IMG/VR virus record: IMGVR_UViG_3300020057_000029
Span: 64,001 to 128,000 of that record
Reading direction: 5' to 3' (one strand)
Length of the DNA: 64,000 nucleotides
DNA from: a virus
Every line of letters begins with the position of its first letter. Positions within the stretch are counted from its first letter, which is position 1. This document shows, piece by piece, positions 1 through 9,556 of the stretch. The notes under the pieces are model-generated. The model made no database searches, had not been told where the DNA came from, and worked only from the letters and a program-made list of their open reading frames with translations. Position numbers and translations under genes: made by a program.

Positions 1-273
1 GCATTCGTCTGTATGGTAGCCAACCTGCTCGCTTGCCGAATCCATATATTGTGGGCAATTTTCACAAAGCTTGGATTGGGCGTCTTTTAGCGCCTCTACA
101 AGGACTGCCTCTCTTGCTGCTGCTTCCACACTACAAAGTTCGATAGCTGCGTTGGCACCTGCTAGAAAATCGGCCCTTGCCGCCCTGTGATCTTCAAATG
201 GATAATCTCGCTTACTCTGCTTAACATATGTATTCGCCATCTTTCCCAGCTTCATTTGCATATCGTCGTTCAT
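1..273 (-). CDS. Small hypothetical protein, runs off the window edge
   Basis: ATG at 273 after a GGGGGGAAG RBS motif; open to position 1 (MNDDMQMKLGK...EAAAREAVLVEAL...). Confidence 0.6.
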   Translation of the reverse strand, partial: MNDDMQMKLGKMANTYVKQSKRDYPFEDHRAARADFLAGANAAIELCSVEAAAREAVLVEALKDAQSKLCENCPQYMDSASEQVGYHTDEC

Positions 274-295
274 AGCTTCCCCCCGCGCTTGTTGC

Positions 296-505
296 TCATG
301 GCTTCATTTTTTTAAGATGATCTTTTACAAAAGAATGAAACCCAATGTGCGTAAGACCTTCAGAATCAGTTTGATGGTATTCATGCCACTGATAATCATC
401 GGGCCAATTTTGACTGATTCTTTTTAATTCTTTGGTAGAATCAGCGACATAAGCCTCAAGCCCATCGTCCTCACCCCTACCATCGTATAAAATATAAAGC
501 CTCAT
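296..505 (-). CDS. Hypothetical protein (69 aa)
   Basis: ORF with GAGGGGAAGAG RBS in a tightly packed small-gene array. Confidence 0.6.
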   Translation of the reverse strand: MRLYILYDGRGEDDGLEAYVADSTKELKRISQNWPDDYQWHEYHQTDSEGLTHIGFHSFVKDHLKKMKP

Positions 506-527
506 CTCTTCCCCTCACGCTTGTCGT

Positions 528-734
528 TCATTTGCGTCTCCAAATTTCATAAGTAAAAAACCTTTGAACCATTCGGCTCTCTGCTAAATGCATCAACGCC
601 AAGGCCGGGCCGAACGAAAAAAAGATGGGAAAAACCAACACCATCCAAACCGCCAGAAATTTATCCTTTATAACGAGCCGAACCCAGATAATCGTGCCGG
701 AAATTACCCAGGCTAGAATCAGCAAATAAGTCAT
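528..734 (-). CDS. Small membrane protein
   Basis: Two hydrophobic segments; RBS GGGGGAG. Confidence 0.6.
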   Translation of the reverse strand: MTYLLILAWVISGTIIWVRLVIKDKFLAVWMVLVFPIFFSFGPALALMHLAESRMVQRFFTYEIWRRK

Positions 735-1309
735 TTCTCCCCCTTGCGCTTGGCGTACTCGTTTTCGACTGTCATCGTCACCGAAGTTCCCCTGAATTTA
801 ATATACCGCTCCCAATCTTTCCAATCTTTCACTAACCGCCCCCAATCTCTCTCCTTTTCCAGCTCTACGCGTAGCCCCGCCTCTCGCGCTGCTGCTTCGG
901 CCAGGATGGCCTCGTGCTCCTCAAGAGAAATGTAGGGAATGATTTTTATATTGTAGGATTGTGAGTATTTTGGCGGCTCCAGAAAATCCCAAGCAGCGTT
1001 TCCGCCTGGATTGCTGTAAAAACATCGTTTAGGGAATATTTTCATCTCTCCCTCACTCGCAGCCAGCGCATTATACGGTTTCCACCAATCCGGCTTTGGA
1101 AATCTTTCGCTGAAAATAATTTCATCCTCTTCGGTAGCTTCGATATCCGTGGCCTCTGGCCAGAATTCCAGAATTTGCTTTTCTGAATCGGCATAAGCCA
1201 CAACAATGCTGTGATCTTCAGGATACCCCGAACACCAAAAGGGGTAAGGCGGCGGGAATTTCACTGGCCGGTAGTCTTCTGGATTTGCTTTGAATCTTGC
1301 TCTAATCAT
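731..1309 (-). CDS. Hypothetical protein, probably a fusion of two cassettes (internal RBS and ATG at 1045)
   Basis: ORF track; internal GAGGGAGAG-ATG resembles the neighbouring gene starts. Confidence 0.6.
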   Translation of the reverse strand: MIRARFKANPEDYRPVKFPPPYPFWCSGYPEDHSIVVAYADSEKQILEFWPEATDIEATEEDEIIFSERFPKPDWWKPYNALAASEGEMKIFPKRCFYSNPGGNAAWDFLEPPKYSQSYNIKIIPYISLEEHEAILAEAAAREAGLRVELEKERDWGRLVKDWKDWERYIKFRGTSVTMTVENEYAKRKGEK

Positions 1310-1463
1310 CTCTTCCCCTAGCGCTTGGCGTTTGTTATTTTAATGTGTCCTGTAGTTACAACTATACAGTAGTATTTGTGACAAAGATAGGCCTAATTGA
1401 GAAGCCATTCCAACTCCAGCGCCGCTTCAGGTTCTTTAATCTTTCTGTTCATTTGTCGTCCTT

Positions 1464-2036
1464 TCAGGACTTTCTGTACATTTCAAACAAAGACAGGCGC
1501 TTACGCTTTTGAGCCGTAATCCCAACAGGGGCAAGCAGTTTTTCGTATTTTTGAACTATTTCCCAGGCTTTATCCTCCGTCAAGCCAATCTCTTCGGAAG
1601 CTTCGATTTCCAAGAAACTCTGGATCTTGCCAGCTTCATCCAATACTGAATAGTATACAATATTGGCGTCATCAAAGAAATAGATATCAAACATCTTATA
1701 AACTGAGAAATTGCGCTTGTATCCAAGGCCTTCACAGAATGCAGCAACAGTGTCATCGCTATTAAGATCGATACGAAGGTTTACCTCAATACGAATCATG
1801 TTGTTTTTGTCGGTGCTTTTCTTCTTAAAGGTAAGCTCTGCACGCTTATCATCAGAATTCACCATGGGCTTACGATGTCTTAGAAAGTCGTCGCCCTCTT
1901 TGATGTAGTAGATATCAAACCCTTCGCCGTACAGAAATCTGGTCGGATTAAGGGTTCCGGCTAGAGCTTTGAATTTAAGCCGGTCAATATCGTCCGCATC
2001 ATACTTGGTTTCAATCTCAAGAAATTTTTGTTCCAT
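1464..2036 (-). CDS. CYTH-domain (triphosphate tunnel) protein, CyaB-like
   Basis: N-terminal EIETKY (ExExK), LRHR, LTFKK, RIEVN, FLEIEA motifs. Confidence 0.85.
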   Translation of the reverse strand: MEQKFLEIETKYDADDIDRLKFKALAGTLNPTRFLYGEGFDIYYIKEGDDFLRHRKPMVNSDDKRAELTFKKKSTDKNNMIRIEVNLRIDLNSDDTVAAFCEGLGYKRNFSVYKMFDIYFFDDANIVYYSVLDEAGKIQSFLEIEASEEIGLTEDKAWEIVQKYEKLLAPVGITAQKRKRLSLFEMYRKS

Positions 2037-2536
2037 TACATGTCCTTCTTCTTTGCTTCTTCCGATGATTCCTGAATCAGATACGCCTCAAAACGGGCGT
2101 CAAATGATCTTCCAGTCTCGTGTAGATCTATAAGCTTATTCAGATCCACTCCAGATTCGATCTCTTTTTCAAAATGACGCTTGATGTAGTGATCTTCAAT
2201 CTTAGTGAAATCAGACAAAAGCTGATTTTCAATGTTTTGTTTTTGTTCTAAAAACTCCAAATGGTCTATCATTTCTTGACTTGCCATTAGCTTTGAGCCA
2301 GCAATATAACCACAAACCCTGCACATATTTACCTGGCCTATGCTGGTTTGAAGCAAAAGAACCTTCATCCATTGGTGAGGTTGTTTGCAGAGATCTTTTT
2401 CTTTCACGGTATCCAGGCTAAGATTTGACCTATGCTTGCGAAAATCCTTAAATGTCAAATATGCATTGAACGCTACTATAGACAGGACAAGGCCAGCAAA
2501 TATACCAAACATTAGAATTTCAGTCAGCACGCTCAT
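2036..2536 (-). CDS. Membrane-anchored hypothetical protein with C..H / CxxC
   Basis: N-terminal TM helix; CKQPH and CRVC. Confidence 0.55.
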   Translation of the reverse strand: MSVLTEILMFGIFAGLVLSIVAFNAYLTFKDFRKHRSNLSLDTVKEKDLCKQPHQWMKVLLLQTSIGQVNMCRVCGYIAGSKLMASQEMIDHLEFLEQKQNIENQLLSDFTKIEDHYIKRHFEKEIESGVDLNKLIDLHETGRSFDARFEAYLIQESSEEAKKKDM

Positions 2537-3519
2537 TCTTCTCCTAACACCTTATCTGCCAAGCCATAAGACAGAATATCTTTTTGCCACAAAACCGTAT
2601 CTTTTAAACACATAGACTGCCAGAAACTTGTTGGTTTGCCTGTGGCCTTGGAATAAATTTCATACAGTAACTGCCTCGATTTCTTAGAGGTTTCACCCCA
2701 AGCTTCAAAAGATTTGGCCTCTCCTTCGAAACCTTCAGTACCATCGTGCAATACAAATACGCAGTTTTCGGTAATCTCTCTAAGCTTGCCAGCCTGAAAA
2801 ATTGCAGTAGCGGTACTGCCCACTAGACCTGTTCCGATCATTCTGGTAGGACACGGACTGCTAGCAATTCTGTCATATATAGCAAGGCCGTCAAACCAGT
2901 TACCGCCATTGCTCATAATTTTTATGGTGATTTCGGCGTGTTTACTAATCGCTTCTAATATATCAAACGCCTTTTGTACTTGAAGAGATAGTTTTTCATT
3001 GATTTCTCCAAAAATACACACAGTCCTGGAATCAACATGGTAATTTTCTTCATGAAACTGCCCTATGGCCGACATCCTGTGTTCTTTAATTGCATGTATT
3101 GCTGTTATGGTTTCTGCTACTGTTAACTTGTCACCTCTGATAGAACTGCACGTAGCACAACAGGGCACTACGTTTTCTTTTTTATAGCCAACTGATCTAT
3201 CGTTAGAGATTCTATCCAGTCCAGCTCCGCTTATGGGCAATGATCCACCACAATAAAAACATGGCTGCGATCTGAACACAGAATACTCTTCTTTGGTCAT
3301 ATTCCACACGATTTTGCGTTCTTTGGCTTCCCCTTTTGCCGCATTAAATTGATGTGTTATAGTGCTAAGGATTTTTTGTCTGTATTGTCTAGTTTTTTCT
3401 TTAGATACGGGGTTTTCTTTTATATAGCAAGACCTACATTTAGGGCCGCTATAGTTCACGCGCAAGCCGGAGCCACAAGAAATGCATAGTTTTTCTTTAT
3501 TGACAATAGCTTTCATCAT
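2533..3519 (-). CDS. HNH/Zn-finger endonuclease domain fused to a ClpP-like protease domain
   Basis: N-half CFYCG...GLDRISN...GY..ENVVPCC..C (HNH); C-half from ~3075 IFGEIN, MSNGG, GLVGSTA (Ser), VLHD (His), KD (Asp). Confidence 0.75.
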   Translation of the reverse strand: MMKAIVNKEKLCISCGSGLRVNYSGPKCRSCYIKENPVSKEKTRQYRQKILSTITHQFNAAKGEAKERKIVWNMTKEEYSVFRSQPCFYCGGSLPISGAGLDRISNDRSVGYKKENVVPCCATCSSIRGDKLTVAETITAIHAIKEHRMSAIGQFHEENYHVDSRTVCIFGEINEKLSLQVQKAFDILEAISKHAEITIKIMSNGGNWFDGLAIYDRIASSPCPTRMIGTGLVGSTATAIFQAGKLREITENCVFVLHDGTEGFEGEAKSFEAWGETSKKSRQLLYEIYSKATGKPTSFWQSMCLKDTVLWQKDILSYGLADKVLGEE

Positions 3520-4382
3520 TTGGTAACCCTGCTGTGTACGTGATTAAAGGCGCTGGAAATTGCAGTAAGCCATTCTTTCTCTTTAAAATCTGAGTCTTCT
3601 GAATAATAACCATTCAGTATTTCTATCGTACCATCTTCTGAATAGCCTGCCAAGGCAAATTCGTAAGCAATAGCATACCACTGCCCATTACGGCCTTTTT
3701 GGGGGTCCAACCCTTCGGTTAGACGTTTAATCACCCAAGGCGCTAAGCGGTTGAAATCAAAAGTGCCGGAAGCGACCTTCTTTATACGGGGTTTGGGCTT
3801 CTGTTCTGGGTGTAGCTCAAGCCATGTTCTAAGCTCAGAGAAGGTAACAGCACCCTTGTAACGGGCCAAAACCTGTCTGGACTTGTCACGTATCGGACCT
3901 GGTATACGAATGCTCCTAGAAGGATTCTTGGTCATTTGGTCTGCTGCTGTACACACTCCTAAGATCCATTCTGACAACAAACGCCAAGTCTTTTGGTCGG
4001 GTAAGTCACGGTCTAAGGAGATAAGGAAGTGTAGTGATTTGCCGCCAGAGAATATCGCAGCAGAATAGGGCATTCTCAACCGTTCGATATAGGCTAATTG
4101 TTGGGGAAGGGGGCCTACGTCCATCTCGATCAGGAAGTTTCTGAAAGCAGTACAGTTGTTATCCTGGCGAAATCCACGGATAGGATTTAGGGCCACCAGT
4201 TGCATCTCAATAGAAGGCTTTTGAGCAATTGGCCATTTAGCATCAGTGGGAACCAGGGTAACTGTATCGGACATGGCCATTTCCAAGGGAATAGAGTGAT
4301 ACCCAAATTGATTTGGAGAGACACAGACGGTTTCGCCTGGCCTGAACATCAGCTCAAATATCCTCTTTCCAGTGGGGTCCAT
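3516..4382 (-). CDS. AEP/RepB-like DNA primase
   Basis: FLIEMD, FSGGKSLH, KNPSRSIRIPG motifs; helical PriCT-like C-terminus (GRN..WYAIA). Confidence 0.75.
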   Translation of the reverse strand: MDPTGKRIFELMFRPGETVCVSPNQFGYHSIPLEMAMSDTVTLVPTDAKWPIAQKPSIEMQLVALNPIRGFRQDNNCTAFRNFLIEMDVGPLPQQLAYIERLRMPYSAAIFSGGKSLHFLISLDRDLPDQKTWRLLSEWILGVCTAADQMTKNPSRSIRIPGPIRDKSRQVLARYKGAVTFSELRTWLELHPEQKPKPRIKKVASGTFDFNRLAPWVIKRLTEGLDPQKGRNGQWYAIAYEFALAGYSEDGTIEILNGYYSEDSDFKEKEWLTAISSAFNHVHSRVTK

Positions 4383-4394
4383 TGTCAGCCTTTG

Positions 4395-4946
4395 TTACAG
4401 AGTAGAGCCACCAGCGACGTTTTGCACTTGTTCGGCAAGAAGATCGGCTTCCTTTTTATCCTGGGCTTCCTTGCGTTGCTTCATCATTAGGTCAACAAAA
4501 ATGTCGTATTTTTCCTCACGGTCCTTAAGCTCTTTAATCAAAGATTCTACGGTAAAGACTTTCTTGACCAGAATATGAGACGTTTCAGACCCAAAAGCCT
4601 TGACTGGCTCTTGATGTTTGATCATCTCTTCTTCTTTTACAACCTTGTTATCACCGTCTAGCTCTGCAGGAACATATTCTATAACTTCTTCAGTAAGAGA
4701 TTCGACCAAGCCTTTGCGAAGCAGAGTCTGCCAGCGACTAGTTGTCTTAAAAAGCTTTGTAGACAAGCGAACGAGCTCGTCACGCTGTTCTGCAGAAGGT
4801 TCAAGGCTTCCTTCTGAAACCTTAATTGCAGCATTGTGAGCCAAGGCCGCTTCTTTCTTGCTTTGTCTCTTGCTTTGTTTTGAGTTCAGGTCAGAATATT
4901 TAGTGTCCATGTTATCTCCGGTTTTAGTGAAATCTTTCAGATTCAT
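4395..4946 (-). CDS. Hypothetical protein
   Basis: Co-oriented ORF in the operon. Confidence 0.6.
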   Translation of the reverse strand: MNLKDFTKTGDNMDTKYSDLNSKQSKRQSKKEAALAHNAAIKVSEGSLEPSAEQRDELVRLSTKLFKTTSRWQTLLRKGLVESLTEEVIEYVPAELDGDNKVVKEEEMIKHQEPVKAFGSETSHILVKKVFTVESLIKELKDREEKYDIFVDLMMKQRKEAQDKKEADLLAEQVQNVAGGSTL

Positions 4947-5290
4947 AGCTCATCCTCGGGAGGATATTGACTCTCAATATGTTCAATAGCCTCTTCTTGT
5001 GTCAAGATTTGCTTTGCAAGCGATTTCTTCCCACAGCTACAATCTGCACAATACGATCCAGTATTACACGATTTCTTTTCCGACACAACTTCAAAATTCA
5101 TATCATGTCCATCAGGAAGGCTAAAAAGCAGTACTTTGACTGGATTGTTCTTGAAGGCCTCTTTGAAATGATCCTGTAAGCTCTGCATAGTCTCTGGAAA
5201 AAAGCTGTCGCCTTTGAGCTTGATAATCAAAGTGTCATCTGGCTTTAGATTAAGCTTTGCCACCTCTACTTCTACAAACTTGAGTTCCAT
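4943..5290 (-). CDS. Hypothetical protein with a Cys cluster
   Basis: AAGGA RBS; C....CxxCxC. Confidence 0.55.
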   Translation of the reverse strand: MELKFVEVEVAKLNLKPDDTLIIKLKGDSFFPETMQSLQDHFKEAFKNNPVKVLLFSLPDGHDMNFEVVSEKKSCNTGSYCADCSCGKKSLAKQILTQEEAIEHIESQYPPEDEL

Positions 5291-5446
5291 ATTATTCCTT
5301 TGATGAGCTTTTTAAGCCCAAGATTGCCAAGAAAAGGATTTCGACACGTTTCTCTAAACTTGCAACAGTTTGGCGAGCGTCAACTCTTCGTTCGAAAACC
5401 AACAGTTTGTTGAGTTGAGAAATGAGTTCTTGCAGTTCTTGTACGG

Positions 5447-5740
5447 TTACTTTTTCCATATTTTTCCTCTAAAAAATTCTTCGTTAATAGTATATCTAGT
5501 TTCTACACGAGCATTTGGATATTGAGAGTGCCCTTTAAGTATCGAACTGTTATGATAACAGATCGCCCTGTCTCCGTCAACTACCGTGGACATTCTTTTC
5601 ATGTTGTTCAATTTCCAGGCGATTCCCAATATGAATCGGGCCAAGATCATAGGGAGCTTTAGGTCTTCTGCTACAAGGTAGCCCTGAGATAAGTATTTGG
5701 CATCAACCATATTGAACCAGTTATTAAAGGGGCGTTTCAT
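5447..5740 (-). CDS. Hypothetical protein
   Basis: Overlapping co-oriented ORF. Confidence 0.5.
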   Translation of the reverse strand: MKRPFNNWFNMVDAKYLSQGYLVAEDLKLPMILARFILGIAWKLNNMKRMSTVVDGDRAICYHNSSILKGHSQYPNARVETRYTINEEFFRGKIWKK

Positions 5741-6890
5741 TTTCGTCCTTTTCGTCTTTTAAAGGGATCGATGGCCTGCCGGACTCCTGCTCCGCAAAGG
5801 AGCGAGCATATAGACGGTCAATCTTGTTCTTGTGAACCTCATCGATAAACGCCTGGTTATATTCTACAAAAGCCCCCTTTCTATAGCCAGTAAAAAATGA
5901 AGATCCTACGGCTTCGTTGAAGCGAGACTTATGGATTATCCATTCAGTTCGTAGATTTGCGCGGTCAGCGACCATTTCCATGATCATCGTAGAAGGATCT
6001 GTAATGATCTTGCGCCCTTTAATACGGTGTTCCACTGGAACCTTTTTATCCTTATCTGGCGGCAAGACTTGGGCAAAAATCACGATTGGGGCTGGATATT
6101 CATTCTTATAACGGTCCAAAGAATTAGCCAAACGAGCTTGAACTTCATATTCAGTCATGTGTGGATTGAGCTTGGAGTGCTTAATATTCTGATAGTAATC
6201 AATAATAACCACATCATAATACTCTTTGTTTTGAATCAGGCTATCGAAAATACCCTCTATCCCCTCGATTGTAGTTGTAACCCCATGGTTTCCACTGTAA
6301 TTATTATCGATCACATTCATGCGCCCATTTTCTGCTAAGAGCGGAATCCATTTATCAAAAGTGTGCTTCTGCTCATCGGTAAATTTGTCGTGATTTACGT
6401 AGGCCCATCCCTTGCTTAAACAGGTGATCCTGTTGTAAACGTCTTCTGCACGTTCCTCATTCGTAATAACCAAAACCCTACGACCCTTTTTGGTCTGAGG
6501 GTTGATCTGTCGTAAGGTTTCACGAACAATATTGGCAGCAGTAGTAGATTTTCCATCACCAGTCTTGGCAAGCATCAACAAAAGATTTTTGCGGAAATAC
6601 GGCACAATACCAGAAAAAGATGGGCCGATAAACTTCATACCATTACGGGCAGCATCGATATACTCTAGATTTTGTCTACGGAGCTCTGTAATAGCCCCCT
6701 CAGACATTTTGCCGTAATCAGTATTCTTGGATTTAGCAAGCTCTTCTTCAACGCGAGTTATACGGTCAATTTCGAGAGTGGCTTTTCGATCACGCAACAC
6801 AAGCTCTTTGGAATTGAGCTCCTTGCGTTTCTTCGCTTCTTCGGCTTCTTTTTCTATATTTGCTTGGAAGTCTTTGATTTCATCACTCAT
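5724..6890 (-). CDS. DnaB/gp41-like replicative helicase
   Basis: Walker A AKTGDGKST, ITNEE, Walker B VIIDYYQ, IFAQ, KSRF arginine finger. Confidence 0.8.
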   Translation of the reverse strand: MSDEIKDFQANIEKEAEEAKKRKELNSKELVLRDRKATLEIDRITRVEEELAKSKNTDYGKMSEGAITELRRQNLEYIDAARNGMKFIGPSFSGIVPYFRKNLLLMLAKTGDGKSTTAANIVRETLRQINPQTKKGRRVLVITNEERAEDVYNRITCLSKGWAYVNHDKFTDEQKHTFDKWIPLLAENGRMNVIDNNYSGNHGVTTTIEGIEGIFDSLIQNKEYYDVVIIDYYQNIKHSKLNPHMTEYEVQARLANSLDRYKNEYPAPIVIFAQVLPPDKDKKVPVEHRIKGRKIITDPSTMIMEMVADRANLRTEWIIHKSRFNEAVGSSFFTGYRKGAFVEYNQAFIDEVHKNKIDRLYARSFAEQESGRPSIPLKDEKDENETPL

Positions 6891-7365
6891 CGGAATCGAA
6901 TCCTAACATTTGTGAAAGCTCACTGTCAATCTCAGTCACTGGCAATGGATCTTTAAAAATAGAACGGTCAAGCTCCTTGCCAAAACGCGGCACTTCTTCC
7001 TCTTCCTCTTCTGTCTTATCAGGCTTTGGCGCTTGTGGCGTGATTTTTAATTTTTCGGGTTTTGTTTCCTCGTCAGTTAGCTTAGAAAACTCCTTATCGG
7101 CCCAAATCCGCGAAGTTGCCGTATTGAAAAGTCCTTCTAGGATATTTTTCCAGATTTTAAGCTTTCTCCTGTCATGTCTTGGGTTGGTGCAACGGATAAG
7201 CACCTTGGATCTAACCAAGGTCACGCTTTCTTTCTTGCCACCGCGATCTTTAAGTGTTTTCAACAGGATCATAAACGCTTCAATGCGTTCATCCTGGCCC
7301 TTGGGCAAGATGTTGTTGTCAAGTCTGTCCAGCCATGCTTCAATGGTCAGGTCCAAATCTTCCAC
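6883..7365 (-). CDS. Hypothetical protein adjacent to the helicase
   Basis: Co-oriented ORF with an acidic tail. Confidence 0.55.
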   Translation of the reverse strand: MEDLDLTIEAWLDRLDNNILPKGQDERIEAFMILLKTLKDRGGKKESVTLVRSKVLIRCTNPRHDRRKLKIWKNILEGLFNTATSRIWADKEFSKLTDEETKPEKLKITPQAPKPDKTEEEEEEVPRFGKELDRSIFKDPLPVTEIDSELSQMLGFDSDE

Positions 7366-8283
7366 TCAAATCTCCAATTTCGTTAGCCATTTCCGAGCAG
7401 TCTTGATTTCATCGGAATAATATGGCCTATCTTCATATTTTGCTATAAACGAGCGCAGCTGTCTAGCTTTTTCTGACATAGACTGATTGTTAAATCTGCG
7501 CTTCTTAACTCTCCAGTACTTTTCTTCTTCCTGGGTAGAGAAGTAGATTTGCTCTGGCGTATGATTGTGAGCGTTGTCATAGGGGTCTAAATCAGCCCCA
7601 GTCAGGTCAATAGGGTCCAAGCTACGTTGCTCTATTGGAACAGATATGTACCACATATCGCCAAACATGAACGAGCGTTCGTTCTTCGATACTTGAGCCT
7701 TCTTGCGTATAGACTTGAATACGGCCAGGTCTATCTTGCGATACCCATAATTCTCATAGCCCTTAATTAGATTCCTAAGGATTTTTGGAGGTGCGGCCTT
7801 GCCATGATAAAGATGGAATTCTTCAGCAGGAAAACCTTTGATGTTACGAGCTTTTTGACGGCAAACACGAACAAGATCTTCCATTCGCTGTCTTAAGAAA
7901 ATTGTGAAATTAGCCTTGTTCTTATTTAAAAATTCCCACGCCTCTGGAATATGGTTCTTTGTACGCTCGATTATTTTGATAAACTCGTCATACTTGGCAG
8001 GCATTTTTTCCATTGAAAACAGACCAAGATAAGAAACGAGATGGCACTGACCTACGCTGTCAATATCCTCTACAGAAAACCCTACAGCATGGAACAGGCC
8101 ATGATAGGTGTAAAAAGTCTTTTTAGAGACCCTTTTGATAATGTGCATATAAGGCCCCATTTCTATTTTAGTTGGATTGGCCCTGGACTTGCGAAAATAT
8201 TGATGTCTTAAATAGCAGAGTTCAAATTCGTTTTTTGAATGAATCTTCTTTTTATTTGCCTTTGGTCTCATTATTTCATTCAT
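7366..8283 (-). CDS. Putative divergent sigma-factor-like protein
   Basis: YMHIIKRVSKK...FSVEDIDSVG..HL and FTIFLRQRMEDLVR resemble sigma70 region 2. Confidence 0.4.
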   Translation of the reverse strand: MNEIMRPKANKKKIHSKNEFELCYLRHQYFRKSRANPTKIEMGPYMHIIKRVSKKTFYTYHGLFHAVGFSVEDIDSVGQCHLVSYLGLFSMEKMPAKYDEFIKIIERTKNHIPEAWEFLNKNKANFTIFLRQRMEDLVRVCRQKARNIKGFPAEEFHLYHGKAAPPKILRNLIKGYENYGYRKIDLAVFKSIRKKAQVSKNERSFMFGDMWYISVPIEQRSLDPIDLTGADLDPYDNAHNHTPEQIYFSTQEEEKYWRVKKRRFNNQSMSEKARQLRSFIAKYEDRPYYSDEIKTARKWLTKLEI

Positions 8284-8297
8284 ATATCTCCAAAAAA

Positions 8298-8458
8298 TGG
8301 GTCAGGCAAGACGCTACCTTGCTAGCCCTGGTCATGGGAAGTATCCTTCCCAGCAGCGGCTTCGACGTTGCAATCGCCAACGTGTCTCCAGTGGCGTGAA
8401 CCGCTTTGTTCAAGCGTTATTAAGTTCACACGTCCACAGCTTTCCACGTAGCTAACCC
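8298..8458 (-). ncRNA. Candidate structured ncRNA with tRNA-like ends
   Basis: GGGTTAG/CTGACCC closing stem and multiple internal hairpins in a 190-nt intergenic gap. Confidence 0.4.
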
Positions 8459-8472
8459 AAAATGTTAAATCG

Positions 8473-9543
8473 TTAAACAGAGTCCTTGGCAATTACCGCA
8501 GTGATCACCTGAGCATATAGCTCAGCATCGTCCCGTAGAGCAAAAGCACATTCTTTTTTACCATTAAACTTGCGGTCACCAATTTTGTAGGTTTTCGTAC
8601 CTTCCCTGGTAATTGCACCGACATTGTAACCTAGAAAAAAGAGTTCTTCATGCTGATTAGACATGCCTTTTTTGTAATCCAAAAAGAACACTCCAGCACG
8701 GCCTGACTGACCGATTGAGCTTTGTTCCATTTTGACATAGATCTTATGTCCGGTAACAAGCTCTTGCCCACGGGCGTCTTTAGTCTCTTCCTCAGTAAAG
8801 GTCTTTCCTTCGATATCGGTCTTATCTTCAGAGGCACCAGCCTTCTTGAAAGAGATGAAATACTCGAATCCGTGCTTCGTAGCCCAGCTTTCGGCCATTT
8901 TTTCTTTTGGCGCGTACTTATTCACTGCGTCCACGTTACCGCGCATCTGAGAAGTAGCGATTAAAGGAATCTTATTGCGCTTACAGAAAGGCACGAGTTT
9001 CATTAGACCAATAGATACCGTTAGAGCGTGATCGCCAACCAAGTGATTGGATACGGAGTCAGTAGCATCACGCTTAACACCCATAACGTTCGTTAGGGAG
9101 TCGATTGCAATCAATCCGAGAGGCATACCGTCTTGAACCATTGGCTTGATGTCTTTTTCGATACGGTCAAACACTTCTTCAGCGCTGTTGGTATCATAAA
9201 TGGTCATATAGTCTTTGTCGATCTCAGGAAAAGCATCGTGTTGAAGCTGTCCACGCATCTCGGTATTGAAGATCAAACAGTGACGCTTTTCATCCTCAGT
9301 CTTGTCTTTGTCTTCACGCTGGATCTGTAGAACCATTGCGTAAACAGCAAGAGATTTACCTGCTTTGGGCTCAGAGAATAGAAGGATGGAAGCATTCTTA
9401 GGGCATCCATGGGACTTATTTGCGAAAATCCAGTTAAAATAGGGACTTGGAGTACTGATTACATTCTCTTTTGCGTAAGAATCGTATTCGTAATTTACAG
9501 TGTCTTCATAAGCACGAAGTTGCTTTAGGTATTTGTTTGCCAT
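8473..9543 (-). CDS. uvsX: RecA/UvsX-like recombinase
   Basis: SEPKAGKS Walker A, NTE, IAIDSL Walker B, TSQMR. Confidence 0.85.
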   Translation of the reverse strand: MANKYLKQLRAYEDTVNYEYDSYAKENVISTPSPYFNWIFANKSHGCPKNASILLFSEPKAGKSLAVYAMVLQIQREDKDKTEDEKRHCLIFNTEMRGQLQHDAFPEIDKDYMTIYDTNSAEEVFDRIEKDIKPMVQDGMPLGLIAIDSLTNVMGVKRDATDSVSNHLVGDHALTVSIGLMKLVPFCKRNKIPLIATSQMRGNVDAVNKYAPKEKMAESWATKHGFEYFISFKKAGASEDKTDIEGKTFTEEETKDARGQELVTGHKIYVKMEQSSIGQSGRAGVFFLDYKKGMSNQHEELFFLGYNVGAITREGTKTYKIGDRKFNGKKECAFALRDDAELYAQVITAVIAKDSV

Positions 9544-9556
9544 TTTATTTCCTTTT

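Larger units (their letters stand above)
271..1334 (-). repeat. Recurrent gene-start motif CAAGCG-n3-GGGG(A/G)AG..-ATG, 4 close copies plus 1 degenerate
   Basis: Copies precede the ATGs at 273, 505, 734 and 1309; degenerate copy at 1045. Confidence 0.65.

Noticed and set aside
8298-8458. Canonical tRNA or tmRNA
   Set aside because: It has no TTCG T-loop and is too long for a tRNA and too short for tmRNA; kept only as an ncRNA candidate.
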